A stretch of 64,000 bases of DNA from Candidatus Ozemobacteraceae bacterium (lineage in GTDB: Bacteria; Muiribacteriota; Ozemobacteria; Ozemobacterales; Ozemobacteraceae): positions 1,792,001 through 1,856,000 of the forward strand of contig OZ223236.1 in NCBI GenBank assembly GCA_965140445.1. Reading direction: 5' to 3'. Under the pieces are notes generated by a model. That model was not told the DNA's origin. It searched no databases and saw only the letters and a list, made by a program, of their open reading frames with translations. Shown one piece after another: positions 8,910 through 18,465 of the stretch. Numbering within the stretch: the stretch's first letter is position 1; each line of letters begins with the position of its first letter. The position numbers and the translations under genes were made by a program.

Positions 8910-9962
8910 TTGAAACAGGTCATATTACCATTTATAGTGTCTTGGATAGCGGGGCTTTTACTAGTCCCCCTAGTCAGGAAAGTTGCTTTAAGACTGGGTC
9001 TTGTGGATCGGCCGGGCGAAAGAAAAATTCATAGCTCACCAATTCCGAGGGTTGGTGGCGTTGCGCTGTACATGGCAAGTATTCTGGGAGTCCTTCCTTT
9101 CTGGATAGAGAACCCAAAAACGGTTGGGCTTCTGGTTGCTGGAACCATTGTTTTTTTTATTGGTTTATTGGACGACTTGATCGATCTTTCACCAAAAGTA
9201 AAATTGGCTGGGCAAATTTTAGCTTGCTGCGCGTTGTTTTATTTTGGAATTAAGATTGATTTTGTTACGGACTTTATTTCAGGTGAAGGTGTTGTTGCTC
9301 TAGGCCTTCTAACTTATCCAATAACGCTTTTTTGGGTGATCGGACTTACTAATACTGTTAATCTTGTAGACGGAGTTGATGGTTTGGCTGGGGGGATTGT
9401 CTTCATTGCCTTGGGAACGTTGCTTTCAGTGCGGCTGGTTACCCCCATGGTTCAAGAGGTTGAAATGATGCAAAACGTATTAGTTCTTAGTGCATCTATC
9501 ATGGGATCGCTTTTTGCTTTTTTGAGATATAATGTTTTTCCAGCTTCAATTTTTATGGGAGATTCAGGAGCATATTTTCTTGGGTTTATGACAGCGGCTG
9601 TATCTGTTGCTGGAGCAGCTAAGGATTCAGTCCTTTTTCCTTTAACTGTACCTCTTATAGCGTTTGGTCTTCCTGTTTTAGATGTTGTATTCGCCATTTT
9701 GAGGCGATACTTTAAGCGTGTTCCAATTTTTCAAGCGGATAAGGGGCATTTACATCACAGACTTTTGCAAAAAGGGTTTTCGCAAAAAGAAACCACCAGA
9801 TTTCTATGGATGGTTTCAACCTGCTTTGGCTTTATTGCACTATTGTCCTCAAATATAGCTCACAAAGGAATTCATTCTTTTGCTGCTATTTGTTTGGTGA
9901 TAATGATATGTTTGTGCATACTTTTCTTTTTAAACAAAGGTAATGGAAAAAAACAACGTTAG
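8910..9962 (+). CDS. Undecaprenyl-phosphate GlcNAc-1-phosphate transferase (WecA/TagO, MraY family)
   Basis: RKIH..PIPRVGG, GLLDD, NLVDGVDGLA, FMGDSGA and DKGHLHHRL motifs; polytopic membrane protein. Confidence 0.93.
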   Translation: MKQVILPFIVSWIAGLLLVPLVRKVALRLGLVDRPGERKIHSSPIPRVGGVALYMASILGVLPFWIENPKTVGLLVAGTIVFFIGLLDDLIDLSPKVKLAGQILACCALFYFGIKIDFVTDFISGEGVVALGLLTYPITLFWVIGLTNTVNLVDGVDGLAGGIVFIALGTLLSVRLVTPMVQEVEMMQNVLVLSASIMGSLFAFLRYNVFPASIFMGDSGAYFLGFMTAAVSVAGAAKDSVLFPLTVPLIAFGLPVLDVVFAILRRYFKRVPIFQADKGHLHHRLLQKGFSQKETTRFLWMVSTCFGFIALLSSNIAHKGIHSFAAICLVIMICLCILFFLNKGNGKKQR

Positions 9963-11244
9963 GTTTTCCTCTGTATTACTGCAGGATTCTGCAATAAAAC
10001 AACTCGTTTCTTCTTACTTAAAGGGGCGTGTTGCACAGTCGTATTTGTTCGTTGGTGAGGAATCCATTGGCAAAAGCCTGGTTGCGGTCAGTTTTGCTGC
10101 GTTTTTGCAATGTGAGGAAAACCGAACGTCTGATTCCGTTGAGGCCTGTGGAGTTTGCGAGTCTTGTCGGCGCGTAGCGAGTGGCAGTCATCCGGATGTT
10201 GAAGTTGTGACTCCTGTCGGTAATGAGATTAGAATTGACCAGGTGAGAGAAATGCAGGCGCAGGCATTTTTGAAACCGAATATGGGGAACTGGAGGATTT
10301 TCATTTTAAATCCTGCAGATCGCTTAAACTTGTCTTCAGCTAATAGCTTATTAAAAATTCTAGAAGAAGCTCCATCGCATGTAATTTTTATTTTGCTCGC
10401 GAAAGATACTGGGAGTGTTATTCCGACAGTTTTAAGTCGCTGTGAATTAATTCGTTTTCAAACTCCTTCTTATGCAGATTCAAGGGAAGCTTTACGAGAA
10501 AATTTTAGCTTCGATCTGTTTACTGCAGCTCAAGCTTTATCCTTAGCTGGAGGAAAACTTGGACAAGCAATTGCCTTGTGTAAGAATTATGAAAAAATAA
10601 TTTTGCCCCAAGGGCTTCGTGAAAGCCATACAAAATTTTTAAATGATATCGAAGCATACTCTGAAACTCTTCAGGAGGCCTTAGAAAAATGTGAAACATT
10701 GGAAGAGGGTTTGAAATCTCTTGACGAGATTAGCAGAGATTCTTTTTATCCTCTGAAAGTTTCCAGAAAGGCTTTTTGCCGATCTTATATCTTGCAGGCT
10801 GATATCCCTGCAGCTTTTCCATTGTTATTTTCTGATGCTTTTATGGAAAGAATTGAGTTTGCAAGAAAAAAAATCAAGAAGCATTTTGATGGGATTGTTT
10901 CAGATTCTAAGGCTTCTTATCAATCTGCGATGCTTAAAGAAGCGGAATCTGTTTTTTCAGCATGCATAAATTCGTGGGTTCAATCTCAAATTTTTGATTT
11001 GTTTTCATGCTTTGAGAGCTTCTACGAGGACGCAATCAGGTGGTCTTGCTGTGAAGATGAAACATTGCTGTTGAACCTTGACCAGAAAGAAGATATTATT
11101 ACACTCTCGAAAGTTGAAGATATTGTTTTACTAAACCGCAGAATCTCTTTATTGAATGAGAGCGCTGGGTTATTAAAACGGCATATTCAACCTATGTTTA
11201 TACTTGAAAACGTTTTAACGCAGATCGGAGGGCTTGCCGCATGA
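9943..11244 (+). CDS. holB: DNA polymerase III delta-prime subunit
   Basis: YLFVG...GK, CGVCESC zinc motif, HPDV, IRIDQVR, ANSLLKILEEAP and PTVLSRC; followed by yaaT. Confidence 0.9.
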   Translation: MEKNNVRFSSVLLQDSAIKQLVSSYLKGRVAQSYLFVGEESIGKSLVAVSFAAFLQCEENRTSDSVEACGVCESCRRVASGSHPDVEVVTPVGNEIRIDQVREMQAQAFLKPNMGNWRIFILNPADRLNLSSANSLLKILEEAPSHVIFILLAKDTGSVIPTVLSRCELIRFQTPSYADSREALRENFSFDLFTAAQALSLAGGKLGQAIALCKNYEKIILPQGLRESHTKFLNDIEAYSETLQEALEKCETLEEGLKSLDEISRDSFYPLKVSRKAFCRSYILQADIPAAFPLLFSDAFMERIEFARKKIKKHFDGIVSDSKASYQSAMLKEAESVFSACINSWVQSQIFDLFSCFESFYEDAIRWSCCEDETLLLNLDQKEDIITLSKVEDIVLLNRRISLLNESAGLLKRHIQPMFILENVLTQIGGLAA

Positions 11245-12335
11245 GTCAATATGTTGCCTTGAGGCTGCGAAAACTACCATTGGTTAGCTGGGTAAGTGTT
11301 GAAGACACTGATCTTGAATTGACAGAAAAAGTTCTGGTCAAGACTCAGCATGGTGTTGAGCTTGCAACTGTATTAAAAAAGTCTGAGGACATGCCAGAAA
11401 AAACTGGAGATGAGTCAGAGGGCTTTGTTTCAGAGATAATTGGTCGTTTAAGTAAGGAAGACAAAGAAAAGCTTTCTGAAATTGCTGCCAAAGAAAAAGA
11501 TGCTTTTATTAAAGCCAGACAAAAGATTGAAGAGCATAATCTAAGTATGAAGCTCTTGAAGGCCGAGTTTTTGTTTGATTTCAGCCGAGTTGTTTTTTAT
11601 TTTAAGTCGGATAGCAAAGTTGACTTTAGAGAGCTTCTTAAAAGTCTTGCTTCTGAGTTTAAAACAAGAATTGAGCTCAGGCAGATTGGAGTCAGAGATG
11701 AGGCTAAATTGCTTGGTGGGATCGGCTGCTGCGGGAAAGAAGTTTGTTGTGCCCAATTTATGAGCACTTTTTATCCTGTTTCGACCAAGATGGCAAAAGA
11801 GCAGAATTTGAGTTTAAATCCAGCTAAACTATCTGGAATTTGTGGGCGGCTGTTGTGTTGCCTTGCACATGAACACGAATACTATGCGTCTTTTCATGGA
11901 AAATATCCTAAGATTAGCGCTGAAGTTGTTATCGGTGGTGAAACAGCAAGGGTAATGGATATAAACTACATAACTCAAAAAATGCTTCTTGGCTACGCAG
12001 ATAGGCGAAAGGCATATTTTGATCTTGAAGTTGTAAAAGGAAGGAAAGATTCTGTAACTGGAAGGAATTTGTGGTGGATTCAGTTGCCAGGTGAAGAAGA
12101 ACCGGATCTGAGCATTTTGCTTAAGAATCTTAATCCTCCTGGATCAGGTAAGAAGAAAAAGAAATCAGATGGACCCAAAAAGGTGAGCAAAGACTCCAGA
12201 AATGATAAGAATCCTGATTCTGATCATTCAGAAAAACGCTCCCCAGAAGTTAGGCCAGAAAAGACTCAGGACAGAAAACCAGTTGTTTCCGATAAAAAAA
12301 TATCAGATTCTCAACCAGAAGACGAGAATTCATGA
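11241..12335 (+). CDS. yaaT: PSP1-domain protein YaaT/RicT
   Basis: RIELRQIGVRDEAK, GCCGKEVCC, MAKEQNLSLNPAKLSGICGRLLCCL; charged C-terminal tail. Confidence 0.92.
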   Translation: MSQYVALRLRKLPLVSWVSVEDTDLELTEKVLVKTQHGVELATVLKKSEDMPEKTGDESEGFVSEIIGRLSKEDKEKLSEIAAKEKDAFIKARQKIEEHNLSMKLLKAEFLFDFSRVVFYFKSDSKVDFRELLKSLASEFKTRIELRQIGVRDEAKLLGGIGCCGKEVCCAQFMSTFYPVSTKMAKEQNLSLNPAKLSGICGRLLCCLAHEHEYYASFHGKYPKISAEVVIGGETARVMDINYITQKMLLGYADRRKAYFDLEVVKGRKDSVTGRNLWWIQLPGEEEPDLSILLKNLNPPGSGKKKKKSDGPKKVSKDSRNDKNPDSDHSEKRSPEVRPEKTQDRKPVVSDKKISDSQPEDENS

Positions 12336-12405
12336 TATAATCCAACCACTCATTCCCGGTTCAATTTTGAAGTTTTATTGTTGAACGGAAAAGCGAGGGA
12401 GTATT

Positions 12406-13206
12406 GTGTCGCGTATAGGACTAATTGCAGGAAATGGAAGATTCCCATTGTATTTTGCCGATTCTGCCCGAAAAGGCGGAAACGAGGTGGTTGCGGTTGC
12501 AATTCGAGAAGAAACCAACCCTGAACTAGAGAAACTGGTTGACCAGATTCATTGGTTTCATGTTGGTGAACTTCAAGGAATGATTGATTTCTTTTTAAAA
12601 ATGGAAGTTGATCGTATTGTAATGGCAGGAAAAATCACAAAAACTCTCATGTTTGAGAAAATCAGACCTGATGCTCGTTTGATGAAAGTTTTTGAGAAAA
12701 CACCCGTAAGAAATGATGATGCATTGCTAAAAGCTTTAGCCAATGAATTTATTTCTGAAGGGATTCATGTTTGTGATTCCACAACGTTTCTGACCTCTCT
12801 GTTACCGGAGAAGGGCATTTTAACCAAAAGACATCCAACGGACGATGAATTGCTGGATATCAATTATGGCCACGACATTGCAAAAAAAATTGCAGGCCTG
12901 GACATTGGTATGACAGTTGTGGTCAAAAACCGCGCTATCCTTGCGGTTGAAGCTATTGAAGGGACCGATCAGGCGATTCTTCGTGGCGGCCAGCTTGGAA
13001 ATGGCTCTGTTACGGTTGTAAAAGTCGCCAGACCCGTTCAGGATATGCGGTTTGATCTGCCTGTCGTTGGGTTAGATACGATTAGAACTCTTATTGAGGC
13101 TAAAGCTTGTTGTCTCGCATTTGAAGAAAAGAAAACCCTTCTTCTTGATCGCGAAGAGCTTATTGAGCTCGCTGATGACAATGGCTTAGCGATAATGGTT
13201 GTTTGA
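12406..13206 (+). CDS. lpxI: UDP-2,3-diacylglucosamine diphosphatase LpxI
   Basis: IGLIAGNGRFP, MAGKI, LDIG.TVVV, AVEAIEGTD and QDMRFDLPVVG motifs. Confidence 0.95.
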   Translation: MSRIGLIAGNGRFPLYFADSARKGGNEVVAVAIREETNPELEKLVDQIHWFHVGELQGMIDFFLKMEVDRIVMAGKITKTLMFEKIRPDARLMKVFEKTPVRNDDALLKALANEFISEGIHVCDSTTFLTSLLPEKGILTKRHPTDDELLDINYGHDIAKKIAGLDIGMTVVVKNRAILAVEAIEGTDQAILRGGQLGNGSVTVVKVARPVQDMRFDLPVVGLDTIRTLIEAKACCLAFEEKKTLLLDREELIELADDNGLAIMVV

Positions 13207-13246
13207 TTAGTTGGTATTTTTCTGACTAATTTTCATGGGAGTCGTT

Positions 13247-14191
13247 ATGGAAAAAGGTATCGTTAAAGTTGGTGTGATTGGTGTTGGGCATTTAGGTCAG
13301 CATCATGCAAGAATTCTGGCTGAAATGAGCGGTGCTGAGCTTGTCGGTGTTTCAGATATAAATGAAGAAGCCGGAAAGCAAATCGCCGATAAATTTGGTG
13401 TAGAATACTATAAGGATTATAAAGAGCTTGCTGGAAAAGTTAGCGCTGTGTCGATAGTTGTTCCGACATTTTTGCATCATGATGTCGCCAGGTTTTTTCT
13501 TGAAAGAAATGTTCATACTTTCATAGAAAAGCCGATTACTAAGACACTGGAAGAGGCAAATGATCTTGTGTCTCTGGCAGGAGAAAAGCAGCTGACTTTG
13601 CAGGTTGGTCATGTAGAAAGATTTAATGCTGCAATGCTTAAGCTACAATCTCTATGTGAAACTCCACGTTTTATTGAATGTCAGAGAATGGGACCTTTTT
13701 CTCCAAGAATTCAGGATGTTGGCGTTGTCCAGGATCTAATGATTCACGACATTGATATTGTTCTGTCTCTTGTTCCTTCTCCAATTAAAAGAATTGATGC
13801 GGTTGGTATTCCTGTTTTGACCGAAAATGAAGATATTGCAAATGCTCACATTGTTTTTGAAAATGGGTGTATTGCAAATTTGACCGCTTCACGAATCAGT
13901 GATGAGAGAATTAGAAAACTCAGAATTTTTGAGTTGGATAAATACTGCTCATTGGATTATGCCGATCAGGCAATAACTCTAAGACGAAAATCTAATCTTG
14001 AAGAAAAGATTATTAAAGAGGAATTGGAAGTTCATAAGGCTGAACCACTCAGATTGGAACTTGAGCATTTCGTCAACTGCATTCAAACGAAGAAAAAACC
14101 GCTTGTAACAATCGAAGATGGAAAAAATGCCCTGGAAGTAGCTTTGGAAATCCTTGAGCAAATTAAACATAATCGAAACGCATTGGGATAG
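13247..14191 (+). CDS. Gfo/Idh/MocA oxidoreductase, GnnA-like (UDP-GlcNAc 3-dehydrogenase)
   Basis: GVIGVGHLGQHHAR, EKPI, QVGHVERFN and DLMIHDID; lies between lpxI and lpxB; GGGAG RBS before ATG 13247. Confidence 0.85.
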   Translation: MEKGIVKVGVIGVGHLGQHHARILAEMSGAELVGVSDINEEAGKQIADKFGVEYYKDYKELAGKVSAVSIVVPTFLHHDVARFFLERNVHTFIEKPITKTLEEANDLVSLAGEKQLTLQVGHVERFNAAMLKLQSLCETPRFIECQRMGPFSPRIQDVGVVQDLMIHDIDIVLSLVPSPIKRIDAVGIPVLTENEDIANAHIVFENGCIANLTASRISDERIRKLRIFELDKYCSLDYADQAITLRRKSNLEEKIIKEELEVHKAEPLRLELEHFVNCIQTKKKPLVTIEDGKNALEVALEILEQIKHNRNALG

Positions 14192-14209
14192 CAGTTTTAA
14201 GGATAATTA

Positions 14210-14809
14210 ATGAATTTTCTCCAGAAGATAGGTGGAGTTTTTTTTAAATTTCGCGACAAATTACCAGTCCCATTGGTTCTGGCTATGGTTTATTGTTCCA
14301 GGCCAAAAAAATGGAGCTGGATAGCTGGCCTGCCTTTTATCGTATTGGGAGAAAGCCTGAGAGTATGGGGACTTATGCATATTGGCCCAACAACCAGAAC
14401 CAGAGATATTTGTGCAGATAAACTAGTAACTTCGGGACCATATTCTCATTGTAGAAACCCCTTATATTTTGCTAATGTTCTTAAAATATTTGGGATTTTA
14501 ATTGTTTCTGGAAATTTCTATTACGCGATAATTACATTAGCTTTTTACGCAATAGAATTTGTTACGATGATTCCATTTGAGGAGAACTTTCTTGCTGAAA
14601 AGTTCTCTGAGGCACATAAAGCATATAGGGCCGAGGTTCCAGCTTTTTTCCCAACAGCCAGGCCAAATGCGAAGTTTAATGAACCACCTTCTTTTTCTTT
14701 GATGGAAAGCTTAAAGTCAGAAAAGAAAACATTTGCTTCTACTGGAGCAATATTGTTTCTTTTGGCTTTGATCCAGCTTTTCCGCAAGGAGGAAACTGTT
14801 GGTAAATAG
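14210..14809 (+). CDS. Isoprenylcysteine carboxyl methyltransferase (ICMT/PEMT) family membrane methyltransferase, LmtA-like
   Basis: GESLRVWG, LVTSGPYSHCRNPLY, EENFL..KF...Y...VPAFFP; hydrophobic; overlaps the lpxB start. Confidence 0.85.
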   Translation: MNFLQKIGGVFFKFRDKLPVPLVLAMVYCSRPKKWSWIAGLPFIVLGESLRVWGLMHIGPTTRTRDICADKLVTSGPYSHCRNPLYFANVLKIFGILIVSGNFYYAIITLAFYAIEFVTMIPFEENFLAEKFSEAHKAYRAEVPAFFPTARPNAKFNEPPSFSLMESLKSEKKTFASTGAILFLLALIQLFRKEETVGK

Positions 14810-15962
14810 ATCTGAAAACAAAAGAATCTTTTTTCTAGCAGGGGAACAGAGCGGTGATCTTCATGGTTCGCTTGTAATTTCTCACTTGAAAAAACTTATT
14901 CCAGATCTTTCGGTTGAAGGAATTGGCGGTCCCATGATGAAAGAAGCTGGTATGAATTGTATTCATAGCAGTGATGAGCTTGCGGTAATTGGTTTTGTGG
15001 AAGTTTTAAAAAATTTGCGTCATCTTTATTCGATATTGGCTGACGTTAAGAAAAGATTTGAAACCAATAGGCCGGATATGGTTGTGTTAATTGACTATCC
15101 AGGCTTTAATCAGCGAGTTGCTGAAATTGCTCGCGAGATGGGCATTCATGTTTTGTATTATATTTGTCCACAGGTTTGGGCCTGGAATTCAGGGCGAGTA
15201 AAAAAATTCACAAAACTGATTAATGAAGCTGTGGTTGTTTTTCCTTTTGAAGTAGATATATGGAAAAATGCTGGTGCAGAAGTAAACTGGTTTGGACACC
15301 CACTTATTGGGACAGCCGAACCTAACTCTTCCCCTGAGGAATTGAAACGAGAGTTAAATTTGACTTCGGATGAAACAATTGTAAGCATCCTTCCTGGTAG
15401 CAGAAGTCAGGAGATTTACTATATTTTCCCTGTCTTACTTGATGCAGCTGAGTTAATACTCAAAGAAAAGCCAAACACAAGATTCTTGTTGCCAGTAGCT
15501 ACTACTATTGATGATGAAAAAATTCTTAGCCATCTAAAGGGAAGAAATCTCCCGATTACCATGCTTCGGGGACAAACATACGATGCCGTTTCTATTTCAG
15601 ATTTGTGTATGGTCGCTTCCGGAACTGCAACTCTTGAAACGGCAATTCTAGGCACGCCCATGGCTATTGTCTATAAAGTGAATTGGCTAACATCACTAAT
15701 TTCGAAATTTGTAATTCAAGCGCAGCATATTGGACTTCCAAATGTTATTGCTGGAAAAAGAATTGTCCCTGAATTTATTCGTGGTGATTTCAAACCTGCA
15801 AAAATTGCTGCCGGGGTAATCGAGATTCTAAATTCCCCAGAAAAAAGAAAAAAGATTCGTGAGGCACTAAAATTGGTCAAAGATAGCTTGGGCCAGCCTG
15901 GAGCAAGCGTTAGAGTTGCCGAACACATAGCCAATAGGCTCGAGGAAATCTCCAGTAAATAA
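14799..15962 (+). CDS. lpxB: Lipid-A-disaccharide synthase
   Basis: AGEQSGDLHG, IDYPGFN, YYICPQVWAW, FPFE, GHPL, LPGSRSQE, ASGTATLE and GLPN motifs. Confidence 0.95.
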   Translation: MVNRSENKRIFFLAGEQSGDLHGSLVISHLKKLIPDLSVEGIGGPMMKEAGMNCIHSSDELAVIGFVEVLKNLRHLYSILADVKKRFETNRPDMVVLIDYPGFNQRVAEIAREMGIHVLYYICPQVWAWNSGRVKKFTKLINEAVVVFPFEVDIWKNAGAEVNWFGHPLIGTAEPNSSPEELKRELNLTSDETIVSILPGSRSQEIYYIFPVLLDAAELILKEKPNTRFLLPVATTIDDEKILSHLKGRNLPITMLRGQTYDAVSISDLCMVASGTATLETAILGTPMAIVYKVNWLTSLISKFVIQAQHIGLPNVIAGKRIVPEFIRGDFKPAKIAAGVIEILNSPEKRKKIREALKLVKDSLGQPGASVRVAEHIANRLEEISSK

Positions 15963-17695
15963 TGAATACCTTTTATAGAATACTGAATTACTTTAGAGAT
16001 TACATCCCGCATCTTGTTGTGGGAATTCTCGGTAGTGCCGTAGTGGCAATTTGTACAATTTTTCCTGCCTGGGTTATGAAAAGCGTAGTTAACGATGTTC
16101 TTGTTAATAAAGATTTGACCAGACTTCATTGGATTGCAGCGGCTCTTATTGTTGTTATGTTTGTTAAAGGAATTGCGCAATTTTTGCAGGGGTTCCTTAT
16201 GCAATATGTTTCTCAGAGTATTCTTAGAAAGATTAGAACAGCTTGTTTTGAAAAACTAATGGCTTTATCTCTTTCTTATTATGAAAAGCAGAGAACAGGA
16301 CAGTTAATGAGTAGGATTACTGCTGATGTTTTGATTTTGCAAAACCTTCTGTCAAGTTCTACGAGTTTGATTGGCGATATGATCGCGTTTATTGGATTTT
16401 GTATTTACATTTTCCTATTACATTGGAAGCTGGCTTTGATTTCTATTGTTATCATTCCTTTTATAGGCGCTTTGATTAATAAGTTTGCCCGAAAGATGAA
16501 AAAGATTGGCTCCAAGATGCAAAGTCGTATTGGAGATATCTCAACTGTTTTGCAGGAGTTTATAACCGGAGTTAAGGTTGTAAAGTCTTTCACTCTTGAA
16601 GCCTTTGTTAAAGAGCGATTTGAGAAAGCAAATGATGCTAACTTCAAAGAAACAATTCGCGGAAGTCGAATTAATGCGGCAACAACTCCCATTATTGAGT
16701 TTATTAACACCTGCGGATTGGCAATAATCTTTTGGTATGGCGGTTATGAGGTTATTCACGGCAACCTTAATGCTGGACAGTTAATTAGCTTTTTAACTGC
16801 ATTGGTCGGCTTGTTTGTTCCCATAAAGAATTTGTCAAAAATGAGTAATGTAATATCTCAATCAGTTGGAGCTGGTGAAAGAGTGTTTGAAATTTTAGAT
16901 GCTCCAATCGACATTGAAGAAATAGAAGACCCCAAAACAATGGAAGACTGTACTGGAGAGGTTGAATTTTCCAATGTTACCTTCTCTTATAAAGATAATG
17001 AGCCTGTTTTGAACAATGTTAATCTCAAAGTTAAGCCAGGTGAGGTTATAGCTCTTGTTGGCCCATCAGGTGCAGGGAAAACAACTTTTGTAAATTTGAT
17101 TCCAAGATTTTTCGATGTGTCGAAGGGTAGCGTTAAAATTGATGGTAAGAATGTTCGAGATTTAACTTTTAACTCATTAAGAAGAAATATCGGCCTGGTT
17201 CCTCAAGAGACTCTTTTATTTTCTGGAACAATAGAGGAAAACATCAGATTCGGAAGACTTGATGCAACAACAGAAGAGGTTATTGAAGCTGCAAAGTTAG
17301 CAAATGCTCATTCCTTCATTCTTACTCAGCCTGACGGATATGATACCGTTCTCGGAGAAAGAGGAGTGAATCTTTCTGGCGGGCAAGGTCAGCGAGTAGC
17401 TCTGGCCCGTGCTTTTCTGAAAGATCCCGCAATTCTAATTCTTGATGAAGCCACAAGTGCTTTGGATTCTGAAACAGAAAATCTTATTAAAGAATCATTT
17501 AATAGATTAATGAAAGATAGGACAACGTTTATGATTGCTCACAGGCTTTCTACCGTTGTTAATGCCGATAAAATTGTAGTTTTCCAAAAGGGTGAAATTG
17601 TTGAGCAGGGAACTCATAATGATTTATTAGAGCAAAAGGGCCTCTATTCTCAACTTTATCGATCACAATATTCGGAAGGCGGGTATACATTGTAA
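15962..17695 (+). CDS. msbA: Lipid A flippase ABC transporter
   Basis: ABC membrane domain plus GPSGAGKTT, LSGGQ, LDEATSALD and IAHRLST; directly follows lpxB. Confidence 0.88.
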   Translation: MNTFYRILNYFRDYIPHLVVGILGSAVVAICTIFPAWVMKSVVNDVLVNKDLTRLHWIAAALIVVMFVKGIAQFLQGFLMQYVSQSILRKIRTACFEKLMALSLSYYEKQRTGQLMSRITADVLILQNLLSSSTSLIGDMIAFIGFCIYIFLLHWKLALISIVIIPFIGALINKFARKMKKIGSKMQSRIGDISTVLQEFITGVKVVKSFTLEAFVKERFEKANDANFKETIRGSRINAATTPIIEFINTCGLAIIFWYGGYEVIHGNLNAGQLISFLTALVGLFVPIKNLSKMSNVISQSVGAGERVFEILDAPIDIEEIEDPKTMEDCTGEVEFSNVTFSYKDNEPVLNNVNLKVKPGEVIALVGPSGAGKTTFVNLIPRFFDVSKGSVKIDGKNVRDLTFNSLRRNIGLVPQETLLFSGTIEENIRFGRLDATTEEVIEAAKLANAHSFILTQPDGYDTVLGERGVNLSGGQGQRVALARAFLKDPAILILDEATSALDSETENLIKESFNRLMKDRTTFMIAHRLSTVVNADKIVVFQKGEIVEQGTHNDLLEQKGLYSQLYRSQYSEGGYTL

Positions 17696-18465
17696 TGAGA
17701 CCAGCTTTTAATTCCAGAGCAGAGCAACTTAGTGCTGAAAATAGCCCTTTCATTGGTTCTTTTGATCGTGATGAAAGAGCGAAAGCGGCATCTTTGCGTT
17801 TGGAAGATGGAAGATGGGATGATGCAAAATATCGGTCATGGTTGAGAATTAAAGCTCGTTTAAGTTCTGGATTAATAACTTTGGCTTATAATTGGACCAG
17901 AGTCGAAAGATATGGCTGGGAAAATTTTATCGAAGCAACTAAGCAAAGTGATCCCTATTTGATTGTTGCGTGGCATGGATCACTAATGATACCGATTTAT
18001 TGCTTCCAGAATAGAAAAGTTGTTATCATGACATCATTGTCTCGTGATGGCGATTTATTAACACAAGCTTTATATAACCATGGATTCCGATGTGTTAGAG
18101 GCTCCTCTTCACGAGGGGGAATGCGTGGTTTGCTAGAAATGGCCAGGTTGATGAAAAATGGAGCTAATGGGGCTATCACTGTCGACGGACCTCGCGGCCC
18201 AAGACATGAAGTAAAACCAGGAGCTGTGCTGCTAGCCAAAAAAGCGAAGGCTTTTATGGTTCCGATTGGTTTGGGTTATTCTAATTGTAAAAGAATGAAG
18301 AACTGGGATCAGACAGAGGTCCCTTTGCCAGGATCAAAAGCAGTTATTGTAACAGGAAAACCTTTTAGACTTGAAGATGATATTAGTTTGGAAGACGGTT
18401 GTAGAGAAATACAAGAAAGAATTTTTGCCTGTGAAAAGATCGCGGAGCAAAGGGTTAATTCATGA
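17695..18465 (+). CDS. DUF374 lysophospholipid acyltransferase (LpxJ-like)
   Basis: AWHG, SLSRDG, VRGSSSRGG, TVDGPRGP and WDQTEVPLP motifs. Confidence 0.9.
   Translation: MRPAFNSRAEQLSAENSPFIGSFDRDERAKAASLRLEDGRWDDAKYRSWLRIKARLSSGLITLAYNWTRVERYGWENFIEATKQSDPYLIVAWHGSLMIPIYCFQNRKVVIMTSLSRDGDLLTQALYNHGFRCVRGSSSRGGMRGLLEMARLMKNGANGAITVDGPRGPRHEVKPGAVLLAKKAKAFMVPIGLGYSNCKRMKNWDQTEVPLPGSKAVIVTGKPFRLEDDISLEDGCREIQERIFACEKIAEQRVNS

Noticed and set aside
15716..16759. Minus-strand ORFs of 72-162 aa over lpxB/msbA
   Set aside because: Fully overlap well-supported genes on the opposite strand. The same applies to the many short antisense ORFs in the 42-64 kb locus.
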